Shown: positions 1 to 9,405, numbered from the stretch's first letter. The stretch: 57,974 nucleotides of DNA from Candidatus Shapirobacteria bacterium (GCA_003250375.1 QKGR01000026.1:1-57974); one strand, 5' to 3'. Translations and numbers: made by a program. The notes: generated by a model from the letters alone, not told the origin.

Positions 1-627
1 GTTACTTTACTTAATAATGATGGAGAAGTAGAAAAACAAAGCAGACCATTTGTGGCACAGACAGTGGAGGTGGAAAATCCAGAAGATGTGTTGTCCAGAA
101 AGATAAGTGTACTGGAAGAAGAGGCCAAAAAAGAGATTGATGAACACGAAAAAGTACTTGCAAAGGAAGAGGAGGAAAAGAAAAAAATGGAGGAAGAAAA
201 AATGAAGATGAATAAGCAATTTGGAGGAGAATTGCCTAAATACCAAGATTTGTTCAAATCATTTGGAAGTCAAAATAGCGGTGGAAGTGGTAGTGGAAAA
301 CTACCTCCCCTACCACCATTACCTCCATTACCAAAATATGACAACAAACAAAGTTTGCCTGTGACTAAAGATAATACACCTAATGATGGGGCAGTAAAGA
401 AAACGAGCGAGGTGATTAATAAAACAATAATGACTGATGTTGTTTCTAGTGGAGCAACGCCAGTGCCAAACGAAGTAAAGAGCGTGACTGATACTAAAGA
501 ATTACCAATAAAAGATGAGAAAGCAAAAGCAGAAATTAAGGTAGAAGTACAACAAAAAGATGGAAATACGGCTGGTAATGATATTGATAAGAAATACGAC
601 GACTTGTTTGGAAATGGGATAGTGTAA
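1..627 (+). CDS. hypothetical Lys/Glu-rich protein with PPLPPLPPLP tract; 5' end may lie outside the window
   Basis: ORF track 52..627 (GTG). The same frame has no stop from base 1. Highly charged N-half and a Pro-rich tract, with no domain recognised. Confidence 0.4.
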   Translation, partial: VTLLNNDGEVEKQSRPFVAQTVEVENPEDVLSRKISVLEEEAKKEIDEHEKVLAKEEEEKKKMEEEKMKMNKQFGGELPKYQDLFKSFGSQNSGGSGSGKLPPLPPLPPLPKYDNKQSLPVTKDNTPNDGAVKKTSEVINKTIMTDVVSSGATPVPNEVKSVTDTKELPIKDEKAKAEIKVEVQQKDGNTAGNDIDKKYDDLFGNGIV

Positions 628-647
628 GCAAAATTTTGACGTATTGC

Positions 648-656
648 TGATATAAT
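648..656 (+). promoter_or_regulatory. extended -10 box TGATATAAT, 9 nt before ATG 666
   Basis: Read directly. Member of the recurrent TGnTAnnnT-start codon pattern. Confidence 0.5.
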
Positions 657-665
657 TCATGGAGA

Positions 666-3600
666 ATGGCACAAGGAAATATTGGACAAAATAATGTAGC
701 TGGAGTGCTAAGGGAAGTTAAGGAGCTGCGTGATAAAACTAAGACTTTTGATGGACTGAGTGAAGAAAGTAAATTGGTGATCGAAAAGTATGGAGCGGAA
801 ATTAATAGTAATGAAAGTTTGAATGAACTAATTACCTTTATTGATGTAGAACTGATTATTGAAAAGGATTTGTCGATTGAAGGATTGCTTGATAAGATCG
901 ATGAAAACAGATTATTAGATGATGATTCTGAAGATGATGGTGATTGGAATAAGGGAATTCCTGAAGAGAAAGAAGAAGATAATGAAGATGATCGGAACAA
1001 CGGAATTCCTGACGAAGAAGAAAGCGTCCCAAGTTCGGAGATAGAATTGGAAAGTAAGGTGCCGGATAGGATTTTGATGGAGGAATTGCTAAGAGAGTTG
1101 GATGAGCATGAAAAGAGTAAAGATAAGAGTAAATTATTGGAAAGTGCAAAAAAACTAGCAGAAAAGAAAGGTTATGCGAAAATTCGAGACCAAGTTGAAA
1201 GACTAATTGAGAAAAAAGTTGAATTGGAAGGAAAGATTGAAAGTGAACTTAGCACTAAGCAAATTAGCAGTGAAGAAAAAGAGATAGTAAGTGAAAGACT
1301 AAGCGAGGCGGTGGCCATAAGTTCAATAGCAATGGAGAACGAGAAGGCTGATAGTGCTGAAATTGCAAAAGTAGAAGAAGAAATTATTAAGAATGTCGAT
1401 AAATTGCTAGTAAACGAAGATACAGAGTTGTATAAGGCCGGAAGAGTAGTAGAAAATATTATTGATAAGGTAAATATTGAGGAAAGTAAAAAAGAACTAT
1501 TGGTTGAAAGTATAAGAGATGAATTAAGTGAAATTAGTGTGGAGAGAATAGCTTCCAAAGAAGCAGAAGAAATAATTCAGAGTTTTGAAGAGTTGAATAT
1601 TGCTAAAGAGACAAAGGTAAAAATTAGGGAAAGAATCGAAGAAAGGATTGTGGAGGTATATAGGGGTAACTTAATTGCAGTAGAATCGAGCCGAGTAGAC
1701 AGGAGTTCGGGACAAAGTAATACAGTGAGAATTGAAGATGAAATTAGACAAATAATAGAAGAAAGTAATACTTTGGGGGATGCAAAACAAATATCGAAGG
1801 ATATTACACAAAGAATTGAGGTAGCACTTAAGGAACCAAGAACAATTACAGATAATAGCGGACAAACAGTAGTATTACCTAGTTTGAATGATGAAATTAA
1901 AGTTAATACTCAAGAAAAAGCAGAGATTGTAGGTGGTTTTAGAAAAAATCTGATTGTAAGAGAATCGGTTGAAGTAGCATTGGAGGCTTGGAATAGGGGT
2001 GAAATTAGTGTTGAGGAAGTTGATGGAGCGTATGAGTCGGCAAGAATTGCAGCAAGAACGGCGTATCCAGATGGTGATTTTGTAAGAAACGAGAATAAAA
2101 TTGAGGAAAAAAATGAGAAAGGAAAGGAATTTTCGAAAATAATTAGTGGAATGGTGAGGAGTGAAACTCCAATTGAGGAACAAGTAAAAGAAGCAAGAGC
2201 AGCAATAAATAAAACAGGCAAGATTTACAATAAACTTCCAATTGAAGTAAAAGCGTTGGATAAGATCAGTTCAGAACTGGAAAAGAATAAGCCACTGGCA
2301 GAATTTTTTGAAAGGGTACGAAAGTTTACGGTGGCAAAAAGAAAAGCCGAGGAAAGGGTGTGGAGAGTAGCCAGCGATGTGGGTAGGTCGGTGGCAAAAA
2401 GCTTGGGAGTAAATATTACTTCGGAAACAATAAACAATATGGCTTTTATTGCCAGTGGTGGTTTGACGAGTCAGGCAATGTGGGCAATTGGACACCAGAT
2501 TATGTCGGGAGCTTTGCCGGCAACACTCGAAGGTATTGGAGCAGTATACACGAGTGGTGGATTTATGGCTGGGGCAACCCAAGCTTTTGAGTCCTTAGGA
2601 TTGTTAAACACACAGGGTGGAGTGGCAGCTTTGTCGTGGCTGGGGAAAGCAAGTGCAAACTTGAATAGCGTAGGAGCTAGAATTGCAGCAAGAAGCCCTG
2701 GTTTGGCAAAATTTGGATCGACAATTTCTAAACCGGTAGTAAATGGTTTGGGAAAAGGAATAAGTTCGGCGGCAAGATGGGCTAGTAGAGTAATACCAGC
2801 AGTGGCGAGTAAAATTGCTGCAATTGGGGGGAGCTTGGCACAGGCTTTGGTAGCATTACCAGAGCTAATTGGAGGAGCAATAGCAGCAATAATTCCGATT
2901 ATTGCAATTGTTGTTGTGGCGGTAATTGTGGGAATATTTGTAATTGCACTGATAAATGGGATGCAAACAGCTTCGGTAGTACCACCACCAACGGAAAATG
3001 TGAGTTGTGTACTTCTTGAAGATACAAAAGAAAATCAAGAAAGTGGACAGATTAACTGTAATCAGAGTTTGGATGAAAAGAATGTGCCTGGAGTAGATAG
3101 AGATAATTTCTTTAGAATGGCAGATCAGTGGAGAGGTGGAACAAATTATGCGAGAGAATGCTATAACGACGTGGTATGTAGAGCGAGATCGGTAGGTGTG
3201 GATGAAGCTTTTGCTTTGTGGGTGTGGTTGCATGAATCGGGAGCAAGTAATTATTCAATTAATGAGGTGGAAGATTTTGGAATACATGGACAGGCTGAAG
3301 TGCCAGTGAAGAATTTTGATAAACAAATTGATTACTTTTTAAGGTTGAGCCATACCAATGCTTGTCCAAATCTTGATTTTTGGCTGGGATGGTCGACTAA
3401 ATACTTAACAGGTGGGTGTGATCCTGACAAATTAGTAGGAGTGAACACAGGTAGGACATATTTGGCGGCATTACAGCAACAATATAATTGGATTACTTCA
3501 AAACCATTGCCGGCGCAAATTAAGAAAAATGGGACAGGAGAATCATGTGGATCGGGAGCTGATTATTCTGATGATAATACAAGTTATACCTATGTGGATG

Positions 3601-4175
3601 AAAACGGAGCAACTTGGCTTTGTAAGAATGAACCTGGATTATCAGCTCCGGGAGGACCAATTGTAGTACCTGATTTTCCTGACTGGGATCCAAACACACC
3701 CGTACCGGAAGGTTGTCCTAATAGATTACCAGTAAGCGGCGGACGTTATACGCAGGGACCTAATGCACCAAATTGTTCTCATCAAAGCATGTCTTCGCCG
3801 GCAATCGATATTGGAATAGGAGGAGGAAGTCCAATTTATGCGACACATACAGGAGTGGTGTCGTATGGAGCAGATAATATTTATGGTTATTATATTGATG
3901 TACATGGAACTTGTAATGGTACACCTTTCTTTACAAGATATGCTCATATGCCAGCAAATGGATACATGGTTGAGAACGGAGCGACAGTACAAGCAGGAGA
4001 AAGGATTGGAACGGTTGACAACACAGGGAGTTCAACAGGAAATCATATTCATTATCATATTAATGGTTTGGATAAAAGTTTATTTGGACAATATCTGGGA
4101 ATAACACCAGCAAAACTAACACAACTATGGGGGTGCTGTGGAAGTCAAAATGGAAAAATATGTCCAAGCATATAA
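666..4175 (+). CDS. giant membrane-anchored putative cell-wall hydrolase: acidic coiled-coil N-region, one TM, C-terminal M23/LytM peptidase domain
   Basis: 1169-aa ORF. Residues ~1-740 are E/K-rich and repetitive. One hydrophobic helix, AIAAIIPIIAIVVVAVIVGIFVIALI. M23-type motifs SPAIDIG..GSPIYATHTGVV and TGSSTGNHIHYHI. A weak SLT-like ES motif (WLHESGASNY) lies upstream of the M23 part. Confidence 0.7.
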   Translation: MAQGNIGQNNVAGVLREVKELRDKTKTFDGLSEESKLVIEKYGAEINSNESLNELITFIDVELIIEKDLSIEGLLDKIDENRLLDDDSEDDGDWNKGIPEEKEEDNEDDRNNGIPDEEESVPSSEIELESKVPDRILMEELLRELDEHEKSKDKSKLLESAKKLAEKKGYAKIRDQVERLIEKKVELEGKIESELSTKQISSEEKEIVSERLSEAVAISSIAMENEKADSAEIAKVEEEIIKNVDKLLVNEDTELYKAGRVVENIIDKVNIEESKKELLVESIRDELSEISVERIASKEAEEIIQSFEELNIAKETKVKIRERIEERIVEVYRGNLIAVESSRVDRSSGQSNTVRIEDEIRQIIEESNTLGDAKQISKDITQRIEVALKEPRTITDNSGQTVVLPSLNDEIKVNTQEKAEIVGGFRKNLIVRESVEVALEAWNRGEISVEEVDGAYESARIAARTAYPDGDFVRNENKIEEKNEKGKEFSKIISGMVRSETPIEEQVKEARAAINKTGKIYNKLPIEVKALDKISSELEKNKPLAEFFERVRKFTVAKRKAEERVWRVASDVGRSVAKSLGVNITSETINNMAFIASGGLTSQAMWAIGHQIMSGALPATLEGIGAVYTSGGFMAGATQAFESLGLLNTQGGVAALSWLGKASANLNSVGARIAARSPGLAKFGSTISKPVVNGLGKGISSAARWASRVIPAVASKIAAIGGSLAQALVALPELIGGAIAAIIPIIAIVVVAVIVGIFVIALINGMQTASVVPPPTENVSCVLLEDTKENQESGQINCNQSLDEKNVPGVDRDNFFRMADQWRGGTNYARECYNDVVCRARSVGVDEAFALWVWLHESGASNYSINEVEDFGIHGQAEVPVKNFDKQIDYFLRLSHTNACPNLDFWLGWSTKYLTGGCDPDKLVGVNTGRTYLAALQQQYNWITSKPLPAQIKKNGTGESCGSGADYSDDNTSYTYVDENGATWLCKNEPGLSAPGGPIVVPDFPDWDPNTPVPEGCPNRLPVSGGRYTQGPNAPNCSHQSMSSPAIDIGIGGGSPIYATHTGVVSYGADNIYGYYIDVHGTCNGTPFFTRYAHMPANGYMVENGATVQAGERIGTVDNTGSSTGNHIHYHINGLDKSLFGQYLGITPAKLTQLWGCCGSQNGKICPSI

Positions 4176-4196
4176 AGCTTAGTTTAAAATTAAATT

Positions 4197-5165
4197 ATGA
4201 ATAAGAAAAAAATTTTGATGGGAGTGGCAAGTGTGGGAATGGTAGGATTTTTGGTTTGGAACTTGTTTGGTAAAAAAACAAATCAAAATGGAGATATAGG
4301 AATTGATATACAGGCACCGGTTGAAGTAGTACCTATGGAAAGAGCAGCTAGGATTAGTTGGCAAATAAGTGGAGATAATTTGCCTAAAACAGCGAATATT
4401 TATATTGGAGAAACTGGAAATGGAGAAAACTTAGATAGATTGCTGAGCGAAGTGGGACTAAGTAGAAGTGAAGTAATTTCGGATGATCCACAAACTATTT
4501 TTTTGGGCAACAGTGCGACAAGAAAGAATGTATACATGTCTAAAAGTAATGGGAAGATAGGATTTAGTTTGGATATTTATTCGAGTGAGGATATACCTAA
4601 AGGAAACTTATTGAACGAAACAGAGGCGGAAGAAAAATTAGTGGACTTGATTAAAAGAATTGAAAATAATGATAAATTGGGGATAAAAATTAATTCGATA
4701 AAGTATAAAAAGGTACTTTTCCCAAGATGGGTAGAATCGACGAAGTCTGAGGCTGATGCGGTTGAGATCAGTGCCTCATGGACAATTGAGGGAATAGAAG
4801 TAAAAACATTTTATGATTCCCCTATTTTGGCTGTGTTTGGAAGAGGGGGAACAATAATTAAGCTGGAATATGTACCATTGGCAAAAGTTAATGAAAAGAA
4901 AGAAGTAAATTTGTTGAGTCTGACTGAAATACAAACTTTGAGTGAAGATAATTTTGGAATATGGAAAAAGGAAGGAAACACAAGTTATAGTTTGAGTGAA
5001 GATAAAGAAATTGTGGGACAAATAGTGGTAAGATCGATTGAATTGATTTATGTACAAGGAGATAGAAGTGAAAAGATTTGGCCTTATTATTTGATTGAAG
5101 GTAATAGTATTAGTAAAAATAATGGGCCAATTAAGGTGTATTTGATGGTTCGAGCAACAAAATAA
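4197..5165 (+). CDS. hypothetical membrane-anchored protein
   Basis: 322-aa ORF with N-terminal TM ILMGVASVGMVGFLVW. TAAAAT (4185-4190) lies 6 nt before the ATG. Confidence 0.55.
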   Translation: MNKKKILMGVASVGMVGFLVWNLFGKKTNQNGDIGIDIQAPVEVVPMERAARISWQISGDNLPKTANIYIGETGNGENLDRLLSEVGLSRSEVISDDPQTIFLGNSATRKNVYMSKSNGKIGFSLDIYSSEDIPKGNLLNETEAEEKLVDLIKRIENNDKLGIKINSIKYKKVLFPRWVESTKSEADAVEISASWTIEGIEVKTFYDSPILAVFGRGGTIIKLEYVPLAKVNEKKEVNLLSLTEIQTLSEDNFGIWKKEGNTSYSLSEDKEIVGQIVVRSIELIYVQGDRSEKIWPYYLIEGNSISKNNGPIKVYLMVRATK

Positions 5166-5166
5166 T

Positions 5167-5538
5167 ATGGAAAAAAGAGGTTTTTGGCAAAGATATGGAT
5201 TGGTTTTAGTTTTGGGAATAGTGGCGGTGTTGATGGTGGCAATTAAGATTAGATATAGCAAGGTGGAATGGGTAGTAGAAAACGAGAATGCGACAGTAAT
5301 TTTGACACCAACAGAGATACCTAAACCAACAGAAAGAGTACTACAGAATATGGACTATCCTTTGTGGCAAGAGTTGCCGTATAAGGGAGAGGGGTTTGTG
5401 ATTGATAGATATATTAATGAAAGTACGGTGGTGGTAATACCAAAGGGCTTGGATAAGAAGATTGTGGAGAAAGAGGTATGGAATTGGTTTGAAGAGAATA
5501 ATGTGGCTACAGAGGAAATGAAGATATCCTGGGAGTGA
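5167..5538 (+). CDS. hypothetical membrane-anchored protein
   Basis: 123-aa ORF with N-terminal TM. The ATG is 1 nt after the preceding stop, so it is probably co-transcribed. Confidence 0.5.
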   Translation: MEKRGFWQRYGLVLVLGIVAVLMVAIKIRYSKVEWVVENENATVILTPTEIPKPTERVLQNMDYPLWQELPYKGEGFVIDRYINESTVVVIPKGLDKKIVEKEVWNWFEENNVATEEMKISWE

Positions 5539-5578
5539 AATAAATTTGATTCTTGAAGGGCGATTCGTGAGCTTTGAA

Positions 5579-5603
5579 GGGCGGGTGCAAGACCCGCCCG
5601 TAC
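5579..5603. repeat. family A GC-rich hairpin repeat GGGCGGGTGCAAGACCCGCCCGTAC
   Basis: Stem GGGCGGGT/ACCCGCCC with loop GCAAG. A truncated variant (GGGCGATTCGTGA) lies at 5558-5570. Confidence 0.9.
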
Positions 5604-5625
5604 AGTACATATTATGTTTGTAATT

Positions 5626-5634
5626 TGTTAAATT
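5626..5634 (+). promoter_or_regulatory. extended -10 box TGTTAAATT, 5 nt before ATG 5640
   Basis: Read directly. Confidence 0.45.
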
Positions 5635-5639
5635 TAATT

Positions 5640-5915
5640 ATGAAGAAATTATTAATAATAGCTTTGGTAGTAGTTAGTGGTTTGGGATTGGGAGGTTGTA
5701 CTAGCAGCGAGCCAAGCGAAAATAAAAGTACGGGAGTAGTGGAAATTAAGGGAACTTTGACGACAAAAATGGGAGATGAATATTTACTTAATACTGAAAG
5801 TGGAATAATAAACATAACAAGCAATATAGTGAATTTAGACAAAGAAATCGGGAAAGAGATTAAGGTAAAAGGAATGTACAGCGGGTCGACCTTGTATGTG
5901 GATGAGATTGAATAA
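5640..5915 (+). CDS. small lipoprotein
   Basis: MKKLLIIALVVVSGLGLGGC is a signal peptide plus lipobox. The track start at 5574 would translate a family A repeat (MKGGCKTRPY), so the internal ATG is preferred. Confidence 0.55.
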   Translation: MKKLLIIALVVVSGLGLGGCTSSEPSENKSTGVVEIKGTLTTKMGDEYLLNTESGIINITSNIVNLDKEIGKEIKVKGMYSGSTLYVDEIE

Positions 5916-5916
5916 G

Positions 5917-5948
5917 TTTGTCAGTTGGTCAGTTTTTCAGATTGTCAG
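5917..5948. repeat. TCAG-type microrepeat, four tandem 8-nt units (TTTGTCAG TTGGTCAG TTTTTCAG ATTGTCAG)
   Basis: Read directly. Lies between two convergent gene ends. Confidence 0.85.
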
Positions 5949-5962
5949 AATAAGAAATGAGT

Positions 5963-7087
5963 TTAGTCCTGGAGACGGACAGGCATGATGACGTGGGTAT
6001 AGGAAGGATCGTGGGAATCATGGAAAAGACCAGGGCTAAGTGATTCATTGAGTTCGATAGTGATTTGATCGCCTTTGACGGAAGCAATGTAGTCGGAAAT
6101 AAATTTGTAGTTGAAAGCAATTTCGAGAGGGTTACCTTCGATTTTAGCTTCGACTTGAGCTTTGTTGTGGCCTAATTGAGGCGCGTTGGCAGTAATTTCG
6201 ACAGAATCGGATTTGAGACTAAAGCGGATAACATTGGCGGATTCACGAGCAAAAACAGAAGCAATTTTAATGGCTTGAGAAAACTCTTCCTTGTCGAGAG
6301 TGATTTTGGTAGCCGAAGTTTTGGGAATAATACGATTGTAGTCGGGAAATTCCCCTTCGACGAGACGAGAGACAATTTCGAGATCGTCGTAAACAAAAAC
6401 AACTTGATGCTGATCTTGAGTGAGACCAATTTTGATGGAAGAGACGTTTTTGGAAAGTCGAACAACTTCGGAAAGGGCTTTGGCGGGAATTAGATAGACA
6501 GCTTCTGATTGATCCTGATGAATTTGGATTGGATTGACTAATTTGATTTCTTTGAGAGAGAGGCGAAAACCATCGGTGGCAGCCATAGTGAAGGTGTCTT
6601 TGGTAAAGCGCCAATAGACGGCAGTGAGAACAGGACGAGTGTCATCGGCAGCGGCAGAAAAAACTGTTTGAGAAACAGATTGGGAGAGAAGTGAGTAATC
6701 GAGTTCGAAGGAGGTGGAAGGATCGAGGGAAGGGATTTGGGGAAAATCGGAAGGAGACATGGTGGCAAAAGATGATTCAGCTTTGGAAGAATTGACAGTA
6801 AGAAGGGAGGAATCGTTGAGTGAGAGAGAGATTTTGCCTGTGGGAAGATAGGAGACAAATTCTGTGATTTCTTTGGATGGTACGGTAATACTCCCCTGCT
6901 TGTCGATTTGGGCTGAGAGCCAATAATTGATTCCCATTTCGAGATTGGTGGCAGAAAGTTTGAGACGAGCAGCATCGGTGGAGATAAGAATATTGCCAAG
7001 AATGGGTAGTTGAGATTTGCCAGTACAAAAGCGAGAGACATGAGTGAGGGCGGTGTTGAGACTTTCCTGAAGAAGCGATACTTGCAT
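5963..7087 (-). CDS. dnaN: DNA polymerase III beta sliding clamp
   Basis: Lies downstream of dnaA and has a beta-clamp-like sequence throughout. ATG 7087 is preferred over the track TTG 7102 because TGTTAACAT lies 5 nt upstream of it. Confidence 0.9.
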   Translation of the reverse strand: MQVSLLQESLNTALTHVSRFCTGKSQLPILGNILISTDAARLKLSATNLEMGINYWLSAQIDKQGSITVPSKEITEFVSYLPTGKISLSLNDSSLLTVNSSKAESSFATMSPSDFPQIPSLDPSTSFELDYSLLSQSVSQTVFSAAADDTRPVLTAVYWRFTKDTFTMAATDGFRLSLKEIKLVNPIQIHQDQSEAVYLIPAKALSEVVRLSKNVSSIKIGLTQDQHQVVFVYDDLEIVSRLVEGEFPDYNRIIPKTSATKITLDKEEFSQAIKIASVFARESANVIRFSLKSDSVEITANAPQLGHNKAQVEAKIEGNPLEIAFNYKFISDYIASVKGDQITIELNESLSPGLFHDSHDPSYTHVIMPVRLQD

Positions 7088-7092
7088 GGTTG

Positions 7093-7101
7093 ATGTTAAC
7101 A
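7093..7101 (-). promoter_or_regulatory. extended -10 box TGTTAACAT (minus strand), 5 nt before dnaN ATG
   Basis: Read directly on the reverse complement. Confidence 0.45.
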
Positions 7102-7174
7102 ATTTAATAAATACGAGTAAACGAGATTTTGTAATGACAATTAAATAAGTGAAGAGAATGTGAGGTTATTTAAG

Positions 7175-7206
7175 TTGGTCAGTTAGTCAGTTGATCGGTT
7201 GGTCAG
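7175..7206. repeat. TCAG-type microrepeat, four 8-nt units (TTGGTCAG TTAGTCAG TTGATCGG TTGGTCAG)
   Basis: Read directly in the dnaA-dnaN spacer. Confidence 0.85.
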
Positions 7207-7514
7207 ATTATTGGATGTCGAAAAGAAATTAAGAGATATTGAATAATGAGAATTAACAAAATGTGTATAAGTTTTTGGTTTTTGAAATTTTGAAAATATC
7301 TTATTTACAAAATAGAAGCAGTATTATTAGGGGCGGTGGATATGTTGAGAAGAGAGGTTTTGGGTGGGAAATTGTAGATAAGATAGGGATAATGGATAAA
7401 AAAGTAGTGGTTGAAAAGTGAAAAATGATGGAAAGTGATACGGAAAAGATAGTGTTTGTCTTATAAGTTTGACTGGGGTTGGGGTTTGTTTCGGGGGAAA
7501 AAGAACAACAGTAA

Positions 7515-7555
7515 TGTGGATAAAGTTGTGGATAAGTGAGAAGAAATGTGGATAA
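7515..7555. promoter_or_regulatory. three perfect DnaA boxes (TGTGGATAA = TTATCCACA), same orientation; candidate oriC core
   Basis: Boxes at 7515-7523, 7527-7535 and 7547-7555. A fourth perfect box lies at 7650-7658 inside the dnaA 3' end. The AT-rich spacer 7103-7320 lies nearby. Confidence 0.7.
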
Positions 7556-7566
7556 GCTTGAATTGA

Positions 7567-7592
7567 GGGCGGGCACGCCGGTCTACTAGTAC
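7567..7592. repeat. degenerate family A repeat (GGGCGGGCACGCCGGTCTACTAGTAC)
   Basis: Shares the GGGCGGG head and GTAC tail. The stem is decayed. Confidence 0.5.
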
Positions 7593-7601
7593 ACAATTTG
7601 A

Positions 7602-8984
7602 TTAAAACTGGGACTTAATATTGTTGATAAGAGTACGAATTTGGGGATTTGTGGATAAGTCGTTGTGGATTTTGTCGCGGGCATGCATGATGCTGGTGTG
7701 ATCGCGACCACCAAGGAGACGACCGACTTCTTCGAGAGGGAGATTGATTTCGGTTAAAAGTAGATAAGCGGTGACATGGCGAGCACTAACTAATTCTTTT
7801 TTACGGCTTTTGCCACATAAATCCCCTGTTTTGATGTCGAAATGTTTGGCACAAACGGAAATAATATGGCGAGGAGTGAGTTTTGAATCGGAGGCTTGAA
7901 TTCGAGATTCTGAAGAGTTGGTGGAGAAGTAATTCTTAACGAATTCAGCATCGACCTCCCCTACCCTATTGGCCATGGAGGCGACAGAAACTTCTTGGAG
8001 TTTGCCTTCAATGTCGCGAATATTGGAAACAATGTTGTCGGCCATGTATTGGGAGGCTTCAGTGGTGATTCTAATCCCCTTCTCTTCGGCTTTTTGGTTG
8101 ATAATGGCGACGCGCATTTCGAAATCGGGAAGCTGAATGTCGACAGTGAGACCACCCATAAAACGTGAAACAAGACGGTCTTCGAGAGATTGAATTTCGG
8201 AGGGTTTACGATCGGAAGTAAGAACAATTTGCTTACCGGCCATATGAAGAGCATTGAAAGTGTGGAAGAATTCTTCTTGAATATACTCTTTGCCTGCAAT
8301 GAATTGGATGTCGTCGACAAGAATACAATCGAGATTGCGGTACTTGTCTTTGAATTGATTCATGTTTTTGGCTTTGAGAGCGTTGATAAGGTCGTTGCCG
8401 AAGGTTTCGGCGGGAAAATAGCGAATTTTGAGATCGGGATTCTTTTTGAGAAGTTCGTGGCCGATGGCTTGCATAAGATGGGTTTTGCCGACTCCTACCC
8501 CACCCCAGATGAAGAATGGATTGTAGAGAAGACCGGGAGTTTTGGTGATACCTTGGGCGGCAGCAAAGGCAAAATTGTTGCTATTGCCAACAACTAGAGT
8601 TTCGAAAGTGTATTTTGGATGGAGACCAGCTTTGACAGAAAGATTGAGGGAAGTGTTGGGCTTGGGAATGTCGAAAAGAGGAAGGTTGTTTTTGGGAGTT
8701 TTTTTGGATTCTTTGGTAGGAGTTGAATCGTCTTGGGTAGTGGCTTGGAGGATAAAATCGAGAGTAGTGTTTTGTTTGGTTTGACTGTCGAGGGCGGTTT
8801 TGAAGAGATGGTAGTAGCGTTTTTTGTTCATGTCGACGAGATAGGCATTGGGACAGGCGATGATAGCTTTGCTATCTTCGAGAGATAAAAGTTGGGTTTT
8901 GGCGACGAAGGTTTGAAAAACGGCAGGGGCCAGCAAAGATTTGAGCTCGGCGACAGTATTTTTCCAAAGTGTTTGAGTATCCAT
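7602..8984 (-). CDS. dnaA: chromosomal replication initiator DnaA
   Basis: 460 aa. Walker A GGVGVGKTHL, and a C-terminal DNA-binding helix region (VSARHVTAYLL..GGRDHTSIMHA). Confidence 0.95.
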   Translation of the reverse strand: MDTQTLWKNTVAELKSLLAPAVFQTFVAKTQLLSLEDSKAIIACPNAYLVDMNKKRYYHLFKTALDSQTKQNTTLDFILQATTQDDSTPTKESKKTPKNNLPLFDIPKPNTSLNLSVKAGLHPKYTFETLVVGNSNNFAFAAAQGITKTPGLLYNPFFIWGGVGVGKTHLMQAIGHELLKKNPDLKIRYFPAETFGNDLINALKAKNMNQFKDKYRNLDCILVDDIQFIAGKEYIQEEFFHTFNALHMAGKQIVLTSDRKPSEIQSLEDRLVSRFMGGLTVDIQLPDFEMRVAIINQKAEEKGIRITTEASQYMADNIVSNIRDIEGKLQEVSVASMANRVGEVDAEFVKNYFSTNSSESRIQASDSKLTPRHIISVCAKHFDIKTGDLCGKSRKKELVSARHVTAYLLLTEINLPLEEVGRLLGGRDHTSIMHARDKIHNDLSTNPQIRTLINNIKSQF

Positions 8985-9079
8985 GATAATTTATCACCAA
9001 TTGATGGAGATACTTATTTTATTGTTTAATTCGTAAAACAGGCAGAAAATAAACCAGATTTCGAGGGGTAGGTTTTGGC

Positions 9080-9111
9080 TTATCCACATGATAATAGAGT
9101 AGTTTTCCACA
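9080..9111. promoter_or_regulatory. DnaA boxes upstream of dnaA (TTATCCACA 9080-9088; TTTTCCACA 9103-9111)
   Basis: Read directly in the divergent dnaA/rpmH spacer. Confidence 0.55.
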
Positions 9112-9147
9112 ATTGGGAATAGATCAAATGATAATTAGAAATATTAA

Positions 9148-9172
9148 GGGCGGGCGCAAGACCCGCCCGTAC
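9148..9172. repeat. family A hairpin repeat (GGGCGGGCGCAAGACCCGCCCGTAC)
   Basis: Read directly. Confidence 0.9.
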
Positions 9173-9188
9173 ATAATATAGAAGGATG

Positions 9189-9197
9189 TGATAAAAT
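9189..9197 (+). promoter_or_regulatory. extended -10 box TGATAAAAT, 7 nt before rpmH ATG
   Basis: Read directly. Confidence 0.5.
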
Positions 9198-9204
9198 AGT
9201 CGTC

Positions 9205-9342
9205 ATGGATAAAGGTACATATCAACCAAAAACAAAAAAAAGAGGACGAGTTCATGGCTTTCTGAAAAGAATGGCTTCGAAGTCGGGAAGAAACGTTCTA
9301 AAAAGAAGAAGGACAGTGGGAAGAAAGAAACTAACAGTGTAA
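9205..9342 (+). CDS. rpmH: 50S ribosomal protein L34
   Basis: 45-aa ORF absent from the track (below the size cutoff): [45 protein letters not shown]. Canonical L34 pattern, in the canonical position before rnpA. Confidence 0.9.
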   Translation: MDKGTYQPKTKKRGRVHGFLKRMASKSGRNVLKRRRTVGRKKLTV

Positions 9343-9368
9343 GTGGATTTTTTAAAATATTTAAATAA

Positions 9369-9393
9369 GGGCGGGTGCAAGACCCGCCCGTAC
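9369..9393. repeat. family A hairpin repeat
   Basis: GGGCGGGTGCAAGACCCGCCCGTAC between rpmH and rnpA. Confidence 0.9.
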
Positions 9394-9396
9394 TTT

Positions 9397-9405
9397 TGGT
9401 AAGAT
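9397..9405 (+). promoter_or_regulatory. extended -10 box TGGTAAGAT, 5 nt before rnpA ATG
   Basis: Read directly. Confidence 0.45.

Noticed and set aside
5574-5639. N-terminal extension MKGGCKTRPYSTYYVCNLLNLI of the lipoprotein ORF (similarly 9756-9788 for yidD and 21044-21064 for the four-helix-bundle gene)
   Set aside because: The extensions are translations of repeat elements. For the lipoprotein, the internal ATG gives a proper signal peptide and has a -10 box at the standard distance. For yidD, the internal ATG gives a proper family N-terminus.
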